The notes under the pieces were generated by a model that was given only the letters and a program-made list of their open reading frames with translations, made no database searches and was not told the DNA's origin. The position numbers were made by a program, and so were the translations under genes. DNA of 64,000 nt from Octopus vulgaris (lineage: Eukaryota), in the NCBI GenBank assembly GCA_951406725.2, contig OX597817.1, positions 84,878,001-84,942,000 of the forward strand, written 5' to 3'. Positions 13,902 to 28,522 of the stretch are shown one piece after another. Position 1 is the stretch's first letter; every line of letters starts with the position of its first letter.

Positions 13902-15739
13902 TATATTAGAGAAACACACACAATATATAACATATAACATCATTTTTACATCTGTTTTCTGTACTGGCATGGGTGAGATGCTTTGACAGGATCCAGTATT
14001 CTTGTTTCAATGTCTCAATTTTGGCATAGTTTCTATAACCGGATGCCTTTCCTACTGCACATATGCATGTATAGGTAACAGTGTGGGGTGAACATGTATA
14101 TCAGTGAAGCAAAAAGAAAAAAAAAGAAAAGAAACCTGAATTCTGGCTCAAGTCATTTCCCTTGAAACCAAGTACATTTTAATTTTTATCCCTTACAACA
14201 GTGATAAAAGGACCAGGGAAAGAGCTAGGTCAAATGTGATAGATAAAATCTTGAAGGTGGTGCTCCAGTATCACCACCATTTAGGGATTGAAACCAGTGA
14301 AAGAATACAAGAATTGTGTGTATGTGTACACACGATACATATATATTAGAGAGATAGAGGTTCACATATACATATTTAGTGATCCTTATTTCTTTTGTAT
14401 CAAGGTATCTTACTATTAGTCAGGAATTTAGATACAGTGGAGTTTTGCAGGATTGCAAAAGGGACAAACTAATTTGGCATTTTACATGGAAATCAACAGT
14501 TCTCTGTTAATATTCATTATACTGTTGCACACATACACATGTACAAACATATAGCAGGTCTTTGTAAAAGTGCAGTGAAAACTTTGGTCAACCTGATGCT
14601 AGAGTAGAAGGCATTTGCGAAGTGTGGACATTGAATTTGGAATCAATTGCAAAGAAGAGAAGTAGCACTTACTGGAATCCCAACTGTGGGTTAATTAACA
14701 TATCATGAAATTGCCTCTGGAAGGTCATTCAAAGACACCCTAATGGACCCAGGGCAGATGAGACCCATCAGCTTCTAGCTGCTTATCTAAGATAAAGCTA
14801 CTTCACATAAATCCTACTTCCTGATAAGTACTGAGTTTGTGGCACCAGACCAACATAAGTTTAAAGAATGAGAACGTGGGACTGACTCTGCACAAGCCAT
14901 GCTCATTACAATATTCATTGTGCAAGGCTGTTCAGCAAACCAAGACACTAGCACCGATAGCAACACACTTTAATAAGTCCATTGGTGAGAGGGAAAAAGG
15001 CAATGGGGACAGACAGAGATGCTATTAGAAGTTTTCAGCTTTGACCCTCCACACAGGTAGCCCTGGGGCAATGGTTGTTTTTTTTCATTTGTATCTTGTT
15101 GAACTCTCATTCATTGAAGCAATGTGAGAGTTCAACAACATATATGGCATATATATGCATACATACATACACACATACATACATATATATTTACACACAG
15201 ATATATAAACATATGTACATATATATATATATATACACACACACACAGAGACACATTTATACATACATGTATATATGTACACACACACATTAGTTGGTAC
15301 ATATATCCATGTAGGTGGGCTGAGGCTTTATCAAGCAGATCTACCATAGACCTCCTAGCTGTTTTTTTTATCCAAGATATAAACTATGATTACATCACTT
15401 AATGAGTTCTTCCATTTTGTACGGTAGAAAAGCATTATTTGATATAGCTGGCTGTTTTTAGTAGGCTAAATTTCAAGGAATTTTCTATTAGTTTCTAGTA
15501 GACCAAATTCCCATGAACTGGATTGTGAGTCCAACACCAAACTACACAATATTCAGCTAATGATGTTTGTAGTTTCTTCAAATTTCATATTTGATTAAGC
15601 AGATGGAAATACTGATTGGTCAGTAGGGAAAAATGTGCTTTTATTCAAGATAGCATTGAGAACCATTTCATTGGCTTAACACAAATCAAGCGAGTCACAT
15701 GTAAGGAATACATGTTCAAGATGTACAGGAATATAATGG

Positions 15740-17150
15740 TTTGAATTTTTTGTAGAGAGACATGACAAGATTTCTTTTCTCCTGTTTAAGACAGCCAGCT
15801 GGTCGAAATGTTGAGTTTTTCAGTTGCACATTGTTGGCTCCAGCTCTTACAGTTAGTATATGTCTTTGAAACAATACTCAGTTTTACTGTGAAGTTTGTT
15901 TTGTCTTTCAAGAAACATTTTAAAAGTAATCTTACACTATACTTATTTCTGGAACTAAATAAATGGGTATGTGGCACAAATCTAGCCTTAAAGTTATTTT
16001 CAGTTAACCTGATGTAAGTTTTTATTGTGTTTAATTGATTCTACCCTGGTCTGTACATTATTTCATTTGGCAAGCATTTTCCTTCAATAGAATACCTAAT
16101 TGTATCACTGAAATTATATTAGTTTTGAGTTGTCTACCTGCTGTTTATAGATTTTAATTGCTAAGATATTTGTAAGTCTATGTTCTCCATACATCTATAA
16201 CTGGGGCCTAGCAACATTTTTTGTTGTAGATTTTCTTTTGATATCTGTGTGAAGCAGGGAAGTGTGTACTGATTACTATAAGAGTGAGTTTTACTATATT
16301 TATGAATACATTAGAACTATCGGGGGATTAAACCAAATAATTTTCCTGTTTTTGCATTTGGTGTTATTTATTGTCAGTGACTATTTTAGCTTGGTATTAA
16401 AACCACTATTAGAACTCATTTGTTGTGTGAGGCAGCGTTTCTAAATATTTCTTGGTTTAATGATATAAATCTGTAAATAATACCCATGATGTGCTGTATG
16501 ATCTTGGGTGGATGCTCTGAATTCTATATAATGTAGGTTTGTGCAAGCATGGCATTTGCTGGTGTATAGGTTTAATATTGTATCTGGGAAGTTTATAATC
16601 TTCAGTTCTCTACCATAATTTTTAAATTCAAATTCCTTCCCCTCTCCATGTCACATATTGTCTCTGTGAAATTCTATACTTGTAAGCCTAGGTCTGGTTT
16701 GTAGTGTATGTAGAATGCATAAATTGAGCAAATCCTAATATTTTGCTTCATTGTAGCTACACATAAATACACCGAAAAGCTCATTTCCATGTTAAACCAG
16801 AAAGAATTAGATATAAAATAATGATTTCCTTGAATTTCTTACAATGCATGCTTTTCTAATTCTAGAACCTTCAGAAGAAAACTTTTAGAAAGGCATGGCT
16901 ACAACTCAGCAATATTGAATCATATGAATCTGCAATTGAATTTATCTTTGATACTCCTAACCACTTAGTAGAGCTGATACAATTCCATTGCAATAAGTTT
17001 GTGTGTTTTATTTGTGTCTATTCTTAGGTTAATAGGCTTATATTTTCTATTAGTCATGAAACTGCTCCCCTGGTCCTATGCTATATAATGTCTGTCTGAT
17101 TTGAGGCATTCAACTTGATCAGCTATATTTAAATGTGTTGCTAGGGGCTT
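15740..17150 (-). mobile_element. Penelope-like retroelement relic (RT followed by GIY-YIG endonuclease region)
   Basis: Collinear degraded motifs: CRFI*FNIAEL*P, FGVFMCSYNEA, SIEFHRDN (YRDD-like, 16657-16680), SEHPPKI, RKIIWFNPP (16321-16347), EGKCLPNEIMY, LKDKTNFTVKLSIV..CATEKLNI, LNRRKEILSC. Confidence 0.8.
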
Positions 17151-17540
17151 CACCTAGTTTTGGAATATGTGTGTGAAAACAAACCCAAATATGTACAACA
17201 AAACCCAAGCAATATATTTAAACATTTCATACTAAATAGGACACCTCAACCTATTCAGACTTTCCAAAGGGTTAAAAAACCCTAAAAAAACTCACAATTA
17301 CAATTTCACAGTTCATCAAAAGTTCAGACTCAACCCAACAAAACAAAGTAGGGTAGTCAGCAAAATAATTTTAGATTCTATAAATTCAATGAAACAATGA
17401 GATCTTGGAAACAATCATGTTTTACAGATAAACACAGCCATCTGCTTGATTGAATACTTATAATATTTGAAGTAACAGCAAATGGCATCAGCTAAACAAT
17501 TGTAATTTGATTCCATATCATGTATAACTTTGTTTTCTTC

Positions 17541-17786
<246 letters not shown>

Positions 17787-18507
17787 TTTGTGTGAGTGTA
17801 TGTATATATGTAAGACACATATAATCTCTCTCTCTCTCCACACACACACACAAAATTAAGGTTGTGTTGATTTCAATGGATAAAGGTTTCAATCATACAA
17901 TCAACCTACATGTATACTCATTGACCTACAATGTAAATAGTTATGCTTTCCACAGCCACTACTTCTGTAATGGCCAGGAATATTCAACCTCTGTGATAAA
18001 AATGAATCTAAAAATTACAGCTATTGTCCAGCTGGTAGATTTCTCTACAGTCTTTGTCTACTCAGTTTCATTCACAAAGCTTGGGTTGATTTAAAGCTAT
18101 GATATAAGACACCTGCCAAAGGCAGTATGTGATTGCAAAGTGAGGTTCTTAACCTCATGACCATACATGATTAACTGTGTTATTGTTTTGACATAAATCA
18201 GCCTTGACCCAGTAGATCTATGACAACAAAGTTCCCAGCTTAGTTATCCTTATCTTTTTATCAGTATTGTGTCTCATACTATACCCCACTTTCAGAAGGA
18301 TATTTAACAGCTATCGCTAGCAAGCATGAGATGCTTTCCTCATGGATGATTTGTGTGTCAAATAGATCAGTCAAATAGATCCTAATTCTCACTTAAGATT
18401 TATCAATCTCTCTGCCAAATCATTTAATAACAAAATCAACAAAGGTTGTGAAGCAGTGAGAGATAAACACTAAGAGATGCACACTTATACAGACATGGAC
18501 ACACACA

Positions 18508-18660
18508 GAGGCTTCCATATAGTTTCCATTTATCACATTTGCTCACAAAGTACTGGTCAGCCCAAGGCTATATCAGAAGACATTCCCAAGCTGTCATGCA
18601 GTGGGACAGAACCTTAAACAATGCAGTTGTGAATCAAACTACTTAAGCACACAACCATGC
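18508..18660 (-). mobile_element. Degraded SINE 5' part (family of the 4136 copy)
   Basis: Reverse complement reads gcatggttgtgtgcttaagtagtttgattcacaact...tgtcccactgca...gaatgtcttctgatatagccttgggctgacc...tttgtgag. Confidence 0.55.
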
Positions 18661-18671
18661 ATATATATATA

Positions 18672-18923
18672 TAAATGCACCCTTTTAAAGCCTAGCCCGG
18701 CTCATGGGCCCGGTTTCCTGGTTTCTAAGGCATATGTGTTCCCCAGCTGGACGGGACGTCAGTCCATCGCAGTGTTACGCATTTTTGCCAGTTGAGTGGA
18801 CTGGAGCAATGTGAAATGAAGTGTTTTGCTCAAGAACACAATGTGTCATCCAGTCCAGGAATCGAAGCCACAATCTTACGATCATGATGCTGACACCCTA
18901 ACCACTAAACCATACGCCTCCAC
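18672..18923 (-). mobile_element. tRNA-SINE, copy 1 of a tandem pair
   Basis: Head gtggaggcgtatggtttagtggttagggtgtcagc...ggcttcgattcc (A/B boxes); V-domain-like ctgcgatggactg..tccagc; 3' end gggtgcatttat. Confidence 0.8.
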
Positions 18924-18926
18924 TAA

Positions 18927-19179
18927 ATAAATGTGCCCTTTTAAAGCCTAGCCAGGCTAATGGGCCTGGTTTCCCGGTTTCAATGGCGTATGTGTTCCCC
19001 AGCTGGACTGGATGCCAGTCCATTGCAGCGTTATTCATTTTTGCCAGCTGAGTGGACTGGAGCAACATGAAATGAAGTGTTTTGCTCAAGAACACAAGAC
19101 GTCACTCGGTCCAGGAATCGAAACCACAATCTTACAATCATGATGCTGACACCCTAACCACTTAGCCACGTGTCTCCAC
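18927..19179 (-). mobile_element. tRNA-SINE, copy 2 of the tandem pair
   Basis: Full-length diverged homolog of 18672-18923, immediately adjacent and in the same orientation. Confidence 0.8.
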
Positions 19180-22100
19180 ACACACATACATATATATATA
19201 TATGTAGGTGAATGCTTATGCTAACACAAAGACAGAGTAAAAGTATCCAAAATGTAAAGCAGAGTGTGTATATTTTATTAGAAGCGGATGCCTCTTGAAT
19301 CATAACTGAGTATCACTATTGATTATTCAAATGATTATTTTCTATCTGTATGCAGAGTGTACAAATAGTCAAGTTGATGGAGAAGAAAAGACATCCATAG
19401 TTTATATTGTTTCATCAGTATTGTGCCACATCTATAGAAGGGGAAACCCAACAGTGAAAGGGCCAGTCAATCTAGTAATAAATTTGTTTGAAAGGGTAGA
19501 ACCTGCCACCATCCCTAAGTTCTGACAGTGTCTTAAAATTGACAAAGCAGTTTATTAGTTTCTTGTATTGAATGCATACACTCACACCACTCTCTCTCAT
19601 TACACACAGTTATGTACACACCATACATATTCAATCATCTAAATACATTAGAAGAAATTATTGGTTTTATTTGAAACTTAAAAAAAAAAACCCAGTAGAT
19701 CAAGTTTTCCTGATGACTTCTTCAAGTGTTAAAAGAAGCAATATGTCTTCAGTTTTAATTGAATTGAGAGAAAACTTATTAAAAATTCAACCATGTACTA
19801 AATCTTTGGAAGCTTGAAGCTTTTAACAGATAGTCAATGCATAAAATGATTAACAAGTTTAATATCAAAGAAACAAAAAAAATCAAACAAAACAATTTTC
19901 TAAAAATATTAGATGCTTAAAATACCTTTTAAATTTCAAATTAAAATCTAACTAAATCTCTAGAAATATAATTGAATACATCGTAATGTACCTAATACAC
20001 AAGAATTTACCATAAATCTTTGATAGAGACAAAAAAAAATAAACAAAAATTTGTCGCAATAATAACAATAAGCAGAGTATTAGGAATGTATGACAGTATA
20101 TTAAGGAAATAAATAAAAAAAGAAAGAAACAATTATAAGTTTCATTAAATCACATATATAATAAGAGAATTTTAGTTAAAGTAGAAATAAATGCTAATTC
20201 GAAGATTCTGATGCAGAGATGAGATTTCAGTGGAAGATTAAACATATTCAGCTCCAATTTTAAATAAGCAATCAGATAAATACAAAATACAATTAATGCA
20301 ATTAAAAAAAAAAATTCTAATTTCATTTCTAGTCTTATGTGGCAAAATAAGAAAAAAATTGAACTTTTAATAAACTTTCTCTCAATATTTTAATAGTGTA
20401 ACCATACAGTAAAGCAAATAGAAGTTAAAATCAAGCATGCTAAACATGTTAGTATCATTTAACTAAGTACCATTAATTTGGATTAAAAATCATTAACTAG
20501 GTTCCTTGAAATACTGTTAAAATTGAAGGAATTAATTTTACAAAATTTTGGGAAAAAAATAACAAAACAAAAGAAAGAAATTATGGCTAAACTTATATAT
20601 TTTTCATAAGAATGAAACTCAACAACAGTATCTTTCTTACACACAAACTAGTAAAGAGAAGTTAATAATTATATTTCTAAATTTAAAAATTTTCTGTTGA
20701 TTATGACAAAAATTACCTTCTAAGCAAAGCTCTAAATAAATTTATATAATTGGCTTTAAACACAAAATAAACTGGCTTTCAAATTGATAAAGGAAAAGAA
20801 GAGGAGGAAACTACTTATGCAGTATAAGCAAATGCAACAGAATGGGTAAGTTTAGCAGGATTTCATGCATGGGAGAAGCAACACAACAACAACAAGCAGA
20901 TTAAGGAGTTCAGGTTTTCCTAGAAAAAGCAGATGATAAAATTCCACCACAAGCTCATTTGTTAAGATTTCTGATTAATCAAATTTCTAATGCCTAAATT
21001 TATGTTGACATTCAAAAAGAGTTTTCAAAAATAAAACACAAAATTAGTTAATTAGATCTATAAACAGGAAAAACATTTGAAAAATAATAATTTAAATATG
21101 TCAAACGGAAAAAGTAGCACAAGTTCACTGACAAAAGATTATAAAGAAAGGAAGAGGAAATCTAATATAATGATTACAGAAGAAATTAGTGAATTAATAA
21201 GATCTATAAAACTATATTGGATTTAACAATTTAGAAATATCACAAATGAATTTCACTAATACATAAGTTGGAAAGTCAACATGATGATAATAGATTTGTC
21301 AAAGAAAAGAAATCAACAAAATCTTGAACAATACTTCAGAAATTATAAGCTGGTTTTAAAAGTATATTAAGATTCTAGATGTTACTAGAGCCAGTAAGCT
21401 GATATAGAAGATATCTTTTTATTACAGCTGCACAGAGGCTTAGGGTGCCATGCAAAATTGCTAAGTTGCATAGTGAAGGAAGAGCCACTGTTTCTGAAGT
21501 GCAAGTCTAAAAACATCATGGAATATGTATGTTTATTTTGATTTAATATTTCATATAGCATACTCTACTAACTCATTTCAGTTCAAAACAGACTTTCAGG
21601 ATCTGAGCAGCTGATGAAACAGATGGTTCCAAAAAAAAACTTGCCCAACAGGAGGTAAGTTACTGCAATAACAGTATTTTGTAAAATGCACAAAAGCTGT
21701 TGCCCATCAGAACTATGACTATAGCATGAAATACACTATATGAAAATTATATTTTTACATCTGTAAAAGCCTGCTCAGTGCCTAATGCCAAGGTCCCACA
21801 CATTGGACAGGAACAAGCACTTTTTGACATCCCTACGGTCAATAATGCAGTAAATTATTAATTTCCCACTGGACCATACTTTGATCTCAAATGTTCAAAT
21901 AGGCTATTGTTCATGAAAGCATGTAATAAAAGACAAGAAAAATGAAAATCTTAGCCATAAAGCTTGTTAGACGGCCTCAAAATGAGAGCTTATATCATAA
22001 CTGTAGTTAGGTTTACATAACTGCTTCAGTTTTATAACAGTGTATGCCAAAGAAATTGAAGTGAAAATAAATTTGGTTGGAACTTTTGGAACATATTACG

Positions 22101-25100
22101 AACAGATAATCAATGATTTATTTTTATTTCAATAAACACAAATTTTAGGCTAAAATTTGTTTTTCCCATAAAAAATATATTCTGCTTTGTAGAAAGAGTA
22201 GATTTCTTAAAATATGCTAGTGTCTAAAAAGAGTAAAGTTTTTGAAGAAGCTAAACAGTAATGAAAAGAATAAAAAGATTGTTTTATTTTGTAAATAATG
22301 GAAATTATTACTTTAAATTTAAAGGTTTATAAATATACTAAATTTTAAAAGCAGCAACAAAAGTCAAACCATAAATGAATATTAAATTCATTAAATAGAA
22401 GCATAGCAGGTAAAGAGTTTATAAAACTGTTCTGAGTGGTTATGAAACTATTGAGAGCAGTATTGTAAAATACACATACACACATATATATGAAACAATG
22501 CTGTTTGTAATTCAGTTACTTCAGTAAAAGTAAACTACAAGTAATTTTGAAATAAATGAACAGAACTTGAAAATGAAACAGTAAATCAGAGCAGTTAAAA
22601 GTTAATCTATTAGAATAATTAATCTTTAAAAATGTTATTTGTACCAATCTAAAATTTTAACCAGCAGATCAATTTTAACAGTAATTTCATACCAAAAAAA
22701 ACAAAAAAAAAAAAACCCGACTAAATTTCAGTTTGCCTGTCATGTTGTCATCTTCAATTTTATAAATTGATCTACTATTTGTATTTTAAAGAAACCAACA
22801 TCACTATAACAAAACTAAAGAAAACAAGTGCAGATTTTCTTAATTTATCAAATAGCAACTGGATGTTTAGTATGGGATCTTTAAGGAGAGGGGAAGACAC
22901 ACACACACACACAAATGATATGGTAGTAAGGTAGAAAGAAAGATATAATAAATAAATCTGACATAGTATAACAAGAAAAACAGATAGATAAAACACCATT
23001 CTAAATGTAAGTTGAAGCAAAATTGATCAATAAAATAAATGGCTTTCAAAGATGTTATCTTGAAGGTATAAAGTTTCAGATATATGCACATAACACCACA
23101 TGGTAAAATAACATCAAAAAAGCTATTTTTTACTATGACTGTTCTATGTTAAATAAATTCTAATGTGGTGGATCTACTAAACAATGCATATTTATTATTA
23201 ATAGAGCAGCCAGTGGGCTTTTTTTAAATTAGAAACTATTTATGAACATTTTAAAAAACCTAGGCACCATTCTGCTTATTATAGGTGATAGAGAGGTGAA
23301 AGGTGAGAGTGAGAGATAGAGATATATACAGAGAAAGAGAGAAATGGCAGGAAGGGTGAGAAGCAGAGTGAATCTAAAAAAATCTCATGCATCATGACTC
23401 TACAGATTCCAGATTTAGAAGCAAGGATTTGTTTTAATTGGAAGATTTAATAAGGAAGTAAAACCTATGAGAAATATATTCCTGTTATATTCTGTTAAAT
23501 CTGGATATTTAACCACAAGAACTTTGAGGATGTAGACACAATTCAAATTAGTCATATTTTTGAAACTCACCTAAATGTAGTTAGAATTATAAACAAACCA
23601 TTGAAATAAAAAGAACAACATCTCATCCATGAAATCTGACAATCATACAAGATCGAACATACAATCCTGCATAAAATATATTCTGATTACAATAATTATA
23701 ATAATTACTGAGAGAAACAAGGTAATAAAACAATCTATGAATGCCTCATTTTACTAGGAAATAGACAGCAACATAAGAAAATTATATTTAAAAGCAAAAT
23801 ATTTAAAAAAATCTTGTAGATTTTTTTGTAGATTAGCAGCAAAGTGAAATCAACTTCAAAAAAAGGGTATATTTCTTAATGACAATAAATACTGAATGCT
23901 GAAATAAAATTAATCTTTGAAATTTAGTTTTTCTTTGAGAAAGAACAAAACCATTTCAAGTAAGAACTGTAGAAACCAATATATCTATTAAGAACATCTA
24001 ATTGGAATATTATATCTTAACAGACAGATTGATCGATCAACCAAGAAAACAAATATTTAATGTTCTTTTCCTGTTTTTTTTTCTTTGTATATCAACTATT
24101 ACGAAAAGATTGAGAAATATTAATAGAATTTATTAGAATAGCAATCAAGAAGTGAAATATAAATATTTCACAAGAACTTTGACTAAATCTAGAAGAGATA
24201 CTAATGAAGAGTTTTGAGAATTTATGTAGAAATAGATGACTGGTGGATACATGATGAAAAAATGATATCCAATAATATATTACAAAATGATAAAGCAAAA
24301 CGCAATGTAACAGCATATCACCATCATAATCTTTTTCAGCTTTTTTAGTTCTTATGTTTTGTTTTTTCAATGCTAGCAATGGGTTTGGCAAAATTTCATG
24401 AGAGAATATTCTTATGGCTAGATGCTCTTGCTGATGTTAATCCTTATTATTTTCAAGGAAATTATATTATTCCAATGGTGTTTGTACATTGAGCTGAAGA
24501 ATTGCAGGAGATAAATATACACACACACACATATGTAAACATTATATAGGAAGATACAAGCACATCCACTAAAAACTAGTTATGAGGTGACACTTAAGCC
24601 AATAAATTCTGCAACCACTTGATTTCTGACAAACTGGAACTAATAATAATCCTAAACCATCTTGATCCAATTAGATATATGACCCTTAGAATTCCTTAGT
24701 CATAAAATTAAAGCAACAATTAACCTAGACTTAGACTGACAGAAGATAATGGAAGAACCTTATGCAAAAATATCTAAGTTCTCTAATTTTGAAGACAAAA
24801 GCACTCCAATATATGGTTCTCATTTTCTCATTTTTCAACTGAAATTTGAAGTAATTTTTGTGGCTAATAATAACATGCTCAATGGTGAGTTTTAAACTAC
24901 TTAGATTTGTAGATATATTTCTTTTATTTGACACAGCTTTTAACAGGGGCAGCAATAAACAAGTACTCTCACCATTATGCAATCCTAACTGACACTTCAA
25001 GATTATTACAATTACATTGTTAAAAGAATTGTATGACACCTCTCTCAGTTAATTAAAGATTTCAATTATTTAGGTTACAATTTCAACAGAAATTTGAAAA

Positions 25101-27955
25101 ATCAAAAACTGCATTCTGTTGCACATCAATAAGAAGTAACATATTTTATACCAAATATAGAATATTTGAACAAAACTATCTAAAAATAATAAGCTTATTT
25201 ATTCATTTTGTTGCTGACAACCCAAATAGGCATAGATTTAAATGAATTGTACATTTTAAATTTAAAACAATTGCTATTTTATTTTTTTAAAATGATAATG
25301 AAAAAAATAATATTTTAAAATATATGAATAATTCACAGTTCTAAAATAGATAAATTAAAATTTATCTTATATTTAGTCTTATAATCTCTAATAAAAAATA
25401 TCTGCTATAACTGTTGGTATGGCTGTGAGGTTAAGTTAGTTTCACAACTGTATGTCATTGGGTTTGATTTCATAGTACAACACTTTGGGAAAGCCTTACA
25501 TGACCAATAACTTGTGAATGAAATTGGGAAGATGGAAAGTTTGTGTGTTTGTGTCTAAACTAGTGTGGAATGAAAACTTATACATTCCAACAGGAATATT
25601 CTTTAGTATTTTCCTCCAACAAAAGCATGTATTTGTATTCAGCACATTTTCTGAGGATGATGAAATAATTGCCAGACAGAATACCGGAGTTAAGTAAAAC
25701 TCTTGAGGGCATTTCCTCAACATGGACATGGTCCAATGATTCAAACAAGTAAAAGAGTATGGAACATATTCTGATTAATAGAATATTCTGTTACATGAAG
25801 TCTGGAAAGTGGACCACCAAGGTCATTAATTTATCAAAATAACCAAAAAACTATTATTGTAAAACAGAAAATGATTTTGTTTTTACAATGTAATTAGATT
25901 TAAATAAAAATAGCTTTAATTATGTCTTTAAGGTAAGTAAAAAACCTGTTTCAAATTTAGAATTGAATTAAAAAATAAAAATGATAGCTAGTTCTGAATT
26001 ATTAAACTATGTTAAAAAGTAAATATTTAAACACACAAAATATACTTTTGAAACAAGTAAAAATAAGATACATTTGAAAATATTTCTCTGCAAATAATTG
26101 TCAATGCCAAAAAAGCATTCTAGCTGTCAAAAATTATCGGTCATCCATCCCCCCTCTCTCTTTCTCACACATACAAATAGATAAGTGATCTGGCAGAGTC
26201 ATTAGAGTGACAGCTAAAAATCTCATGGTATTTGTTCTGGTCCTTTGTGCTCTGAGTTCAAATCTTATCAACTTCAGTTTTTCAGACCTTTGAGGTCAAT
26301 AAAAGTACCAGTTGAAGATTCACTCTCCCTCTGCCCACCACTCTTTCTCTATTCAACAGAAATTGGCTGTGGTTAGACCTGGAGAGGGATGGGTTCTGCT
26401 AAGCTTGGATGCACATAACACACTTTATAATGTCATTGCCAGTTTACCTTAAACATTGCTTGGGGTTTAGTTGACTCTTTGGGATATCACCCTAATCTTG
26501 AATCATCTATACAAATGTTCTACACAGCTAGATATGTACAAAGGAATGTTGTATGTAGTTTATTTCCAATTTGTGTAACCTTTTTTATTTTTTTCATATC
26601 TTATTGTTCAGCTTGGCCACTTCAACATACCCTTTTCTTGCTAATTAATTCCCCTCTCCAAGTGAACTTATCTTCCCTGAGCTTCTACACCTATCCTTAA
26701 AAAAAAAAAGGATTGAAATTTATGTAACATTTAACACCTTCAGTTCATGAGGCATATCATCTTACTAAAGTCTTCTATAATCTTTCAGATATTACAACCA
26801 GATTTGTATCACTGACTAAGGAATTTAATCACAGACAAAAAGATTGACACCAATAATTTGGAGGTGAGACAGTACATATCACTCACTGAAAAAGTATAAA
26901 AACACAGACACTTGCATCATCAAAAAGACTGCTCATTTTATACTAAGATTTTTGATGGTTCACTGAAGATAGTTTAATGATAGTTATAAAAATTTTATTA
27001 AAAATGATACTATATTTATAAAAATATCATGATGCCATTTAAAAAACAATGAAAGATTTCCATGTATTTATCATTACTCAAAAGTTCTTTTCTAACAATA
27101 GTCATAGAACTCTTGAGTTCCATAAATATTTCCTAGTTTTCCACCATTATTTATTAGCATTTCATGATTGCATTTATTTTTCATCCTGCTTAAAGCAACA
27201 CAAAGCTAACTTGTTACTCCAATCCAATCTATTTTAATTCTCTCACTCCTCCTTTCTTCATTTGTCAGTCTGGGTATTATAATAAACACCTCATCTTTTC
27301 ACACACTTTCATTTTACCTCTATCATTGTCACTCACTTTCTATTTGTTGTTTGACATCTTCCTGCTTCTACATTATCTCTTCATCATTACAGTAAAGAAA
27401 CACACTATAAATATTATACGTAAATTATCATGTGGATAGATTACATAAAGCACAAACACACTTTATTATACAAGACAATTTGCCTTTTCAAAGTTCATAT
27501 TGCTTTCCTCATAATATTTACAGTGCAAATCATTGCACAGATAACATCACTTCAGCTTACTCTAACAATAGGAGTTTTTATATTGTCCAGGGTTTAAAAC
27601 AACTCTCAGTAACTATCAATAAAATAAACAAACTGGAATATTTGGAAGCATTACCAACTAGAAAAGCCACCCCAGTAGAAAAATACTTATTAAAAAACCA
27701 TAACCACAATGGAAACTTATAGAAACAAACTTTATTTTCAGTTAAGAATAGGACAAGTGAATAACAATACCATTAGGAAACCAAATCTCAAAAAGTTGTT
27801 GGCATACGGGCAGACAGTTTTAAAATACATGTCCAAGTTAGCTGTCTTAAATTTAGGTTATTGTTGTTGTTTAATTCCAGATGAGCTTTACTCAAGTATA
27901 TCTCTGATCAAAGGCATCACAGCTGAGACAATCTTTTCTTCCTATGTACAGTGAA

Positions 27956-28522
27956 CCATCCATCCATTTCTCCACCTGCTATCCCTGGGAGGGTCATGGG
28001 GGTAGAGTCCTCAGGCATCTCTTCCATCAGGTTCTATCAGAAGCAACTATTATTTGATTTTCTGGCTGGATTCCCAAGTGTGACCAACTGAGGCTATGAA
28101 TATTATCCAACCATCTCATTCTTGGTCACCCACTAGGTCTCTTGCTGGTTGGCATGGCTCAAAGAATCTGTCTTGTAATTCTTGCCTGTGACATTCTAAC
28201 CACATATCTGTAGTACTTGAGCGGTGCATCCTGGAGAGACTCTCTGATCTCCAAGCTTTGCATCCTGTTAAGTAATGTTACTTCAGAGATCCTTTAGAGG
28301 AACTCCATTTTCGTTGCTTGCATTTGTGATTGTACTCTTTCAGTCAATACCTAACATTTATGACCATAGATGAGGATAGGCACAAAAATTGAATTGAAGA
28401 TAGTGAACTTGGCTTTTTTTTCCACTAATCTCTCCTCTGGTGCATTACTGTGCCAACACCTGCAATCCTAGCATCCAATTCAGCAGTCTGCCTCCCACGA
28501 CTTATTATACAGACCCAAGATC
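27956..28522 (-). mobile_element. RTE-clade LINE 3' end, Rex3/Expander-like, with (GATG)n tail
   Basis: Translates to KAKFTIFNSIFVPILIYGH..TERVQSQMQATKMEFL*RI..EIRESL..KRPSG*PRMRWLD..LSWSHLGI..LPP*PSQG; ends in atggatggatgg. Confidence 0.75.

Noticed and set aside
14580-15070. Moderately GC-rich stretch, possibly a LINE relic
   Set aside because: I could not recover convincing motifs in any frame.
21608-21640. Isolated CTGATGA/CTGAGGA hits (also near 19710, 25651, 42400) as hammerheads
   Set aside because: No paired stems or GAAA..UH partner at the required spacing.
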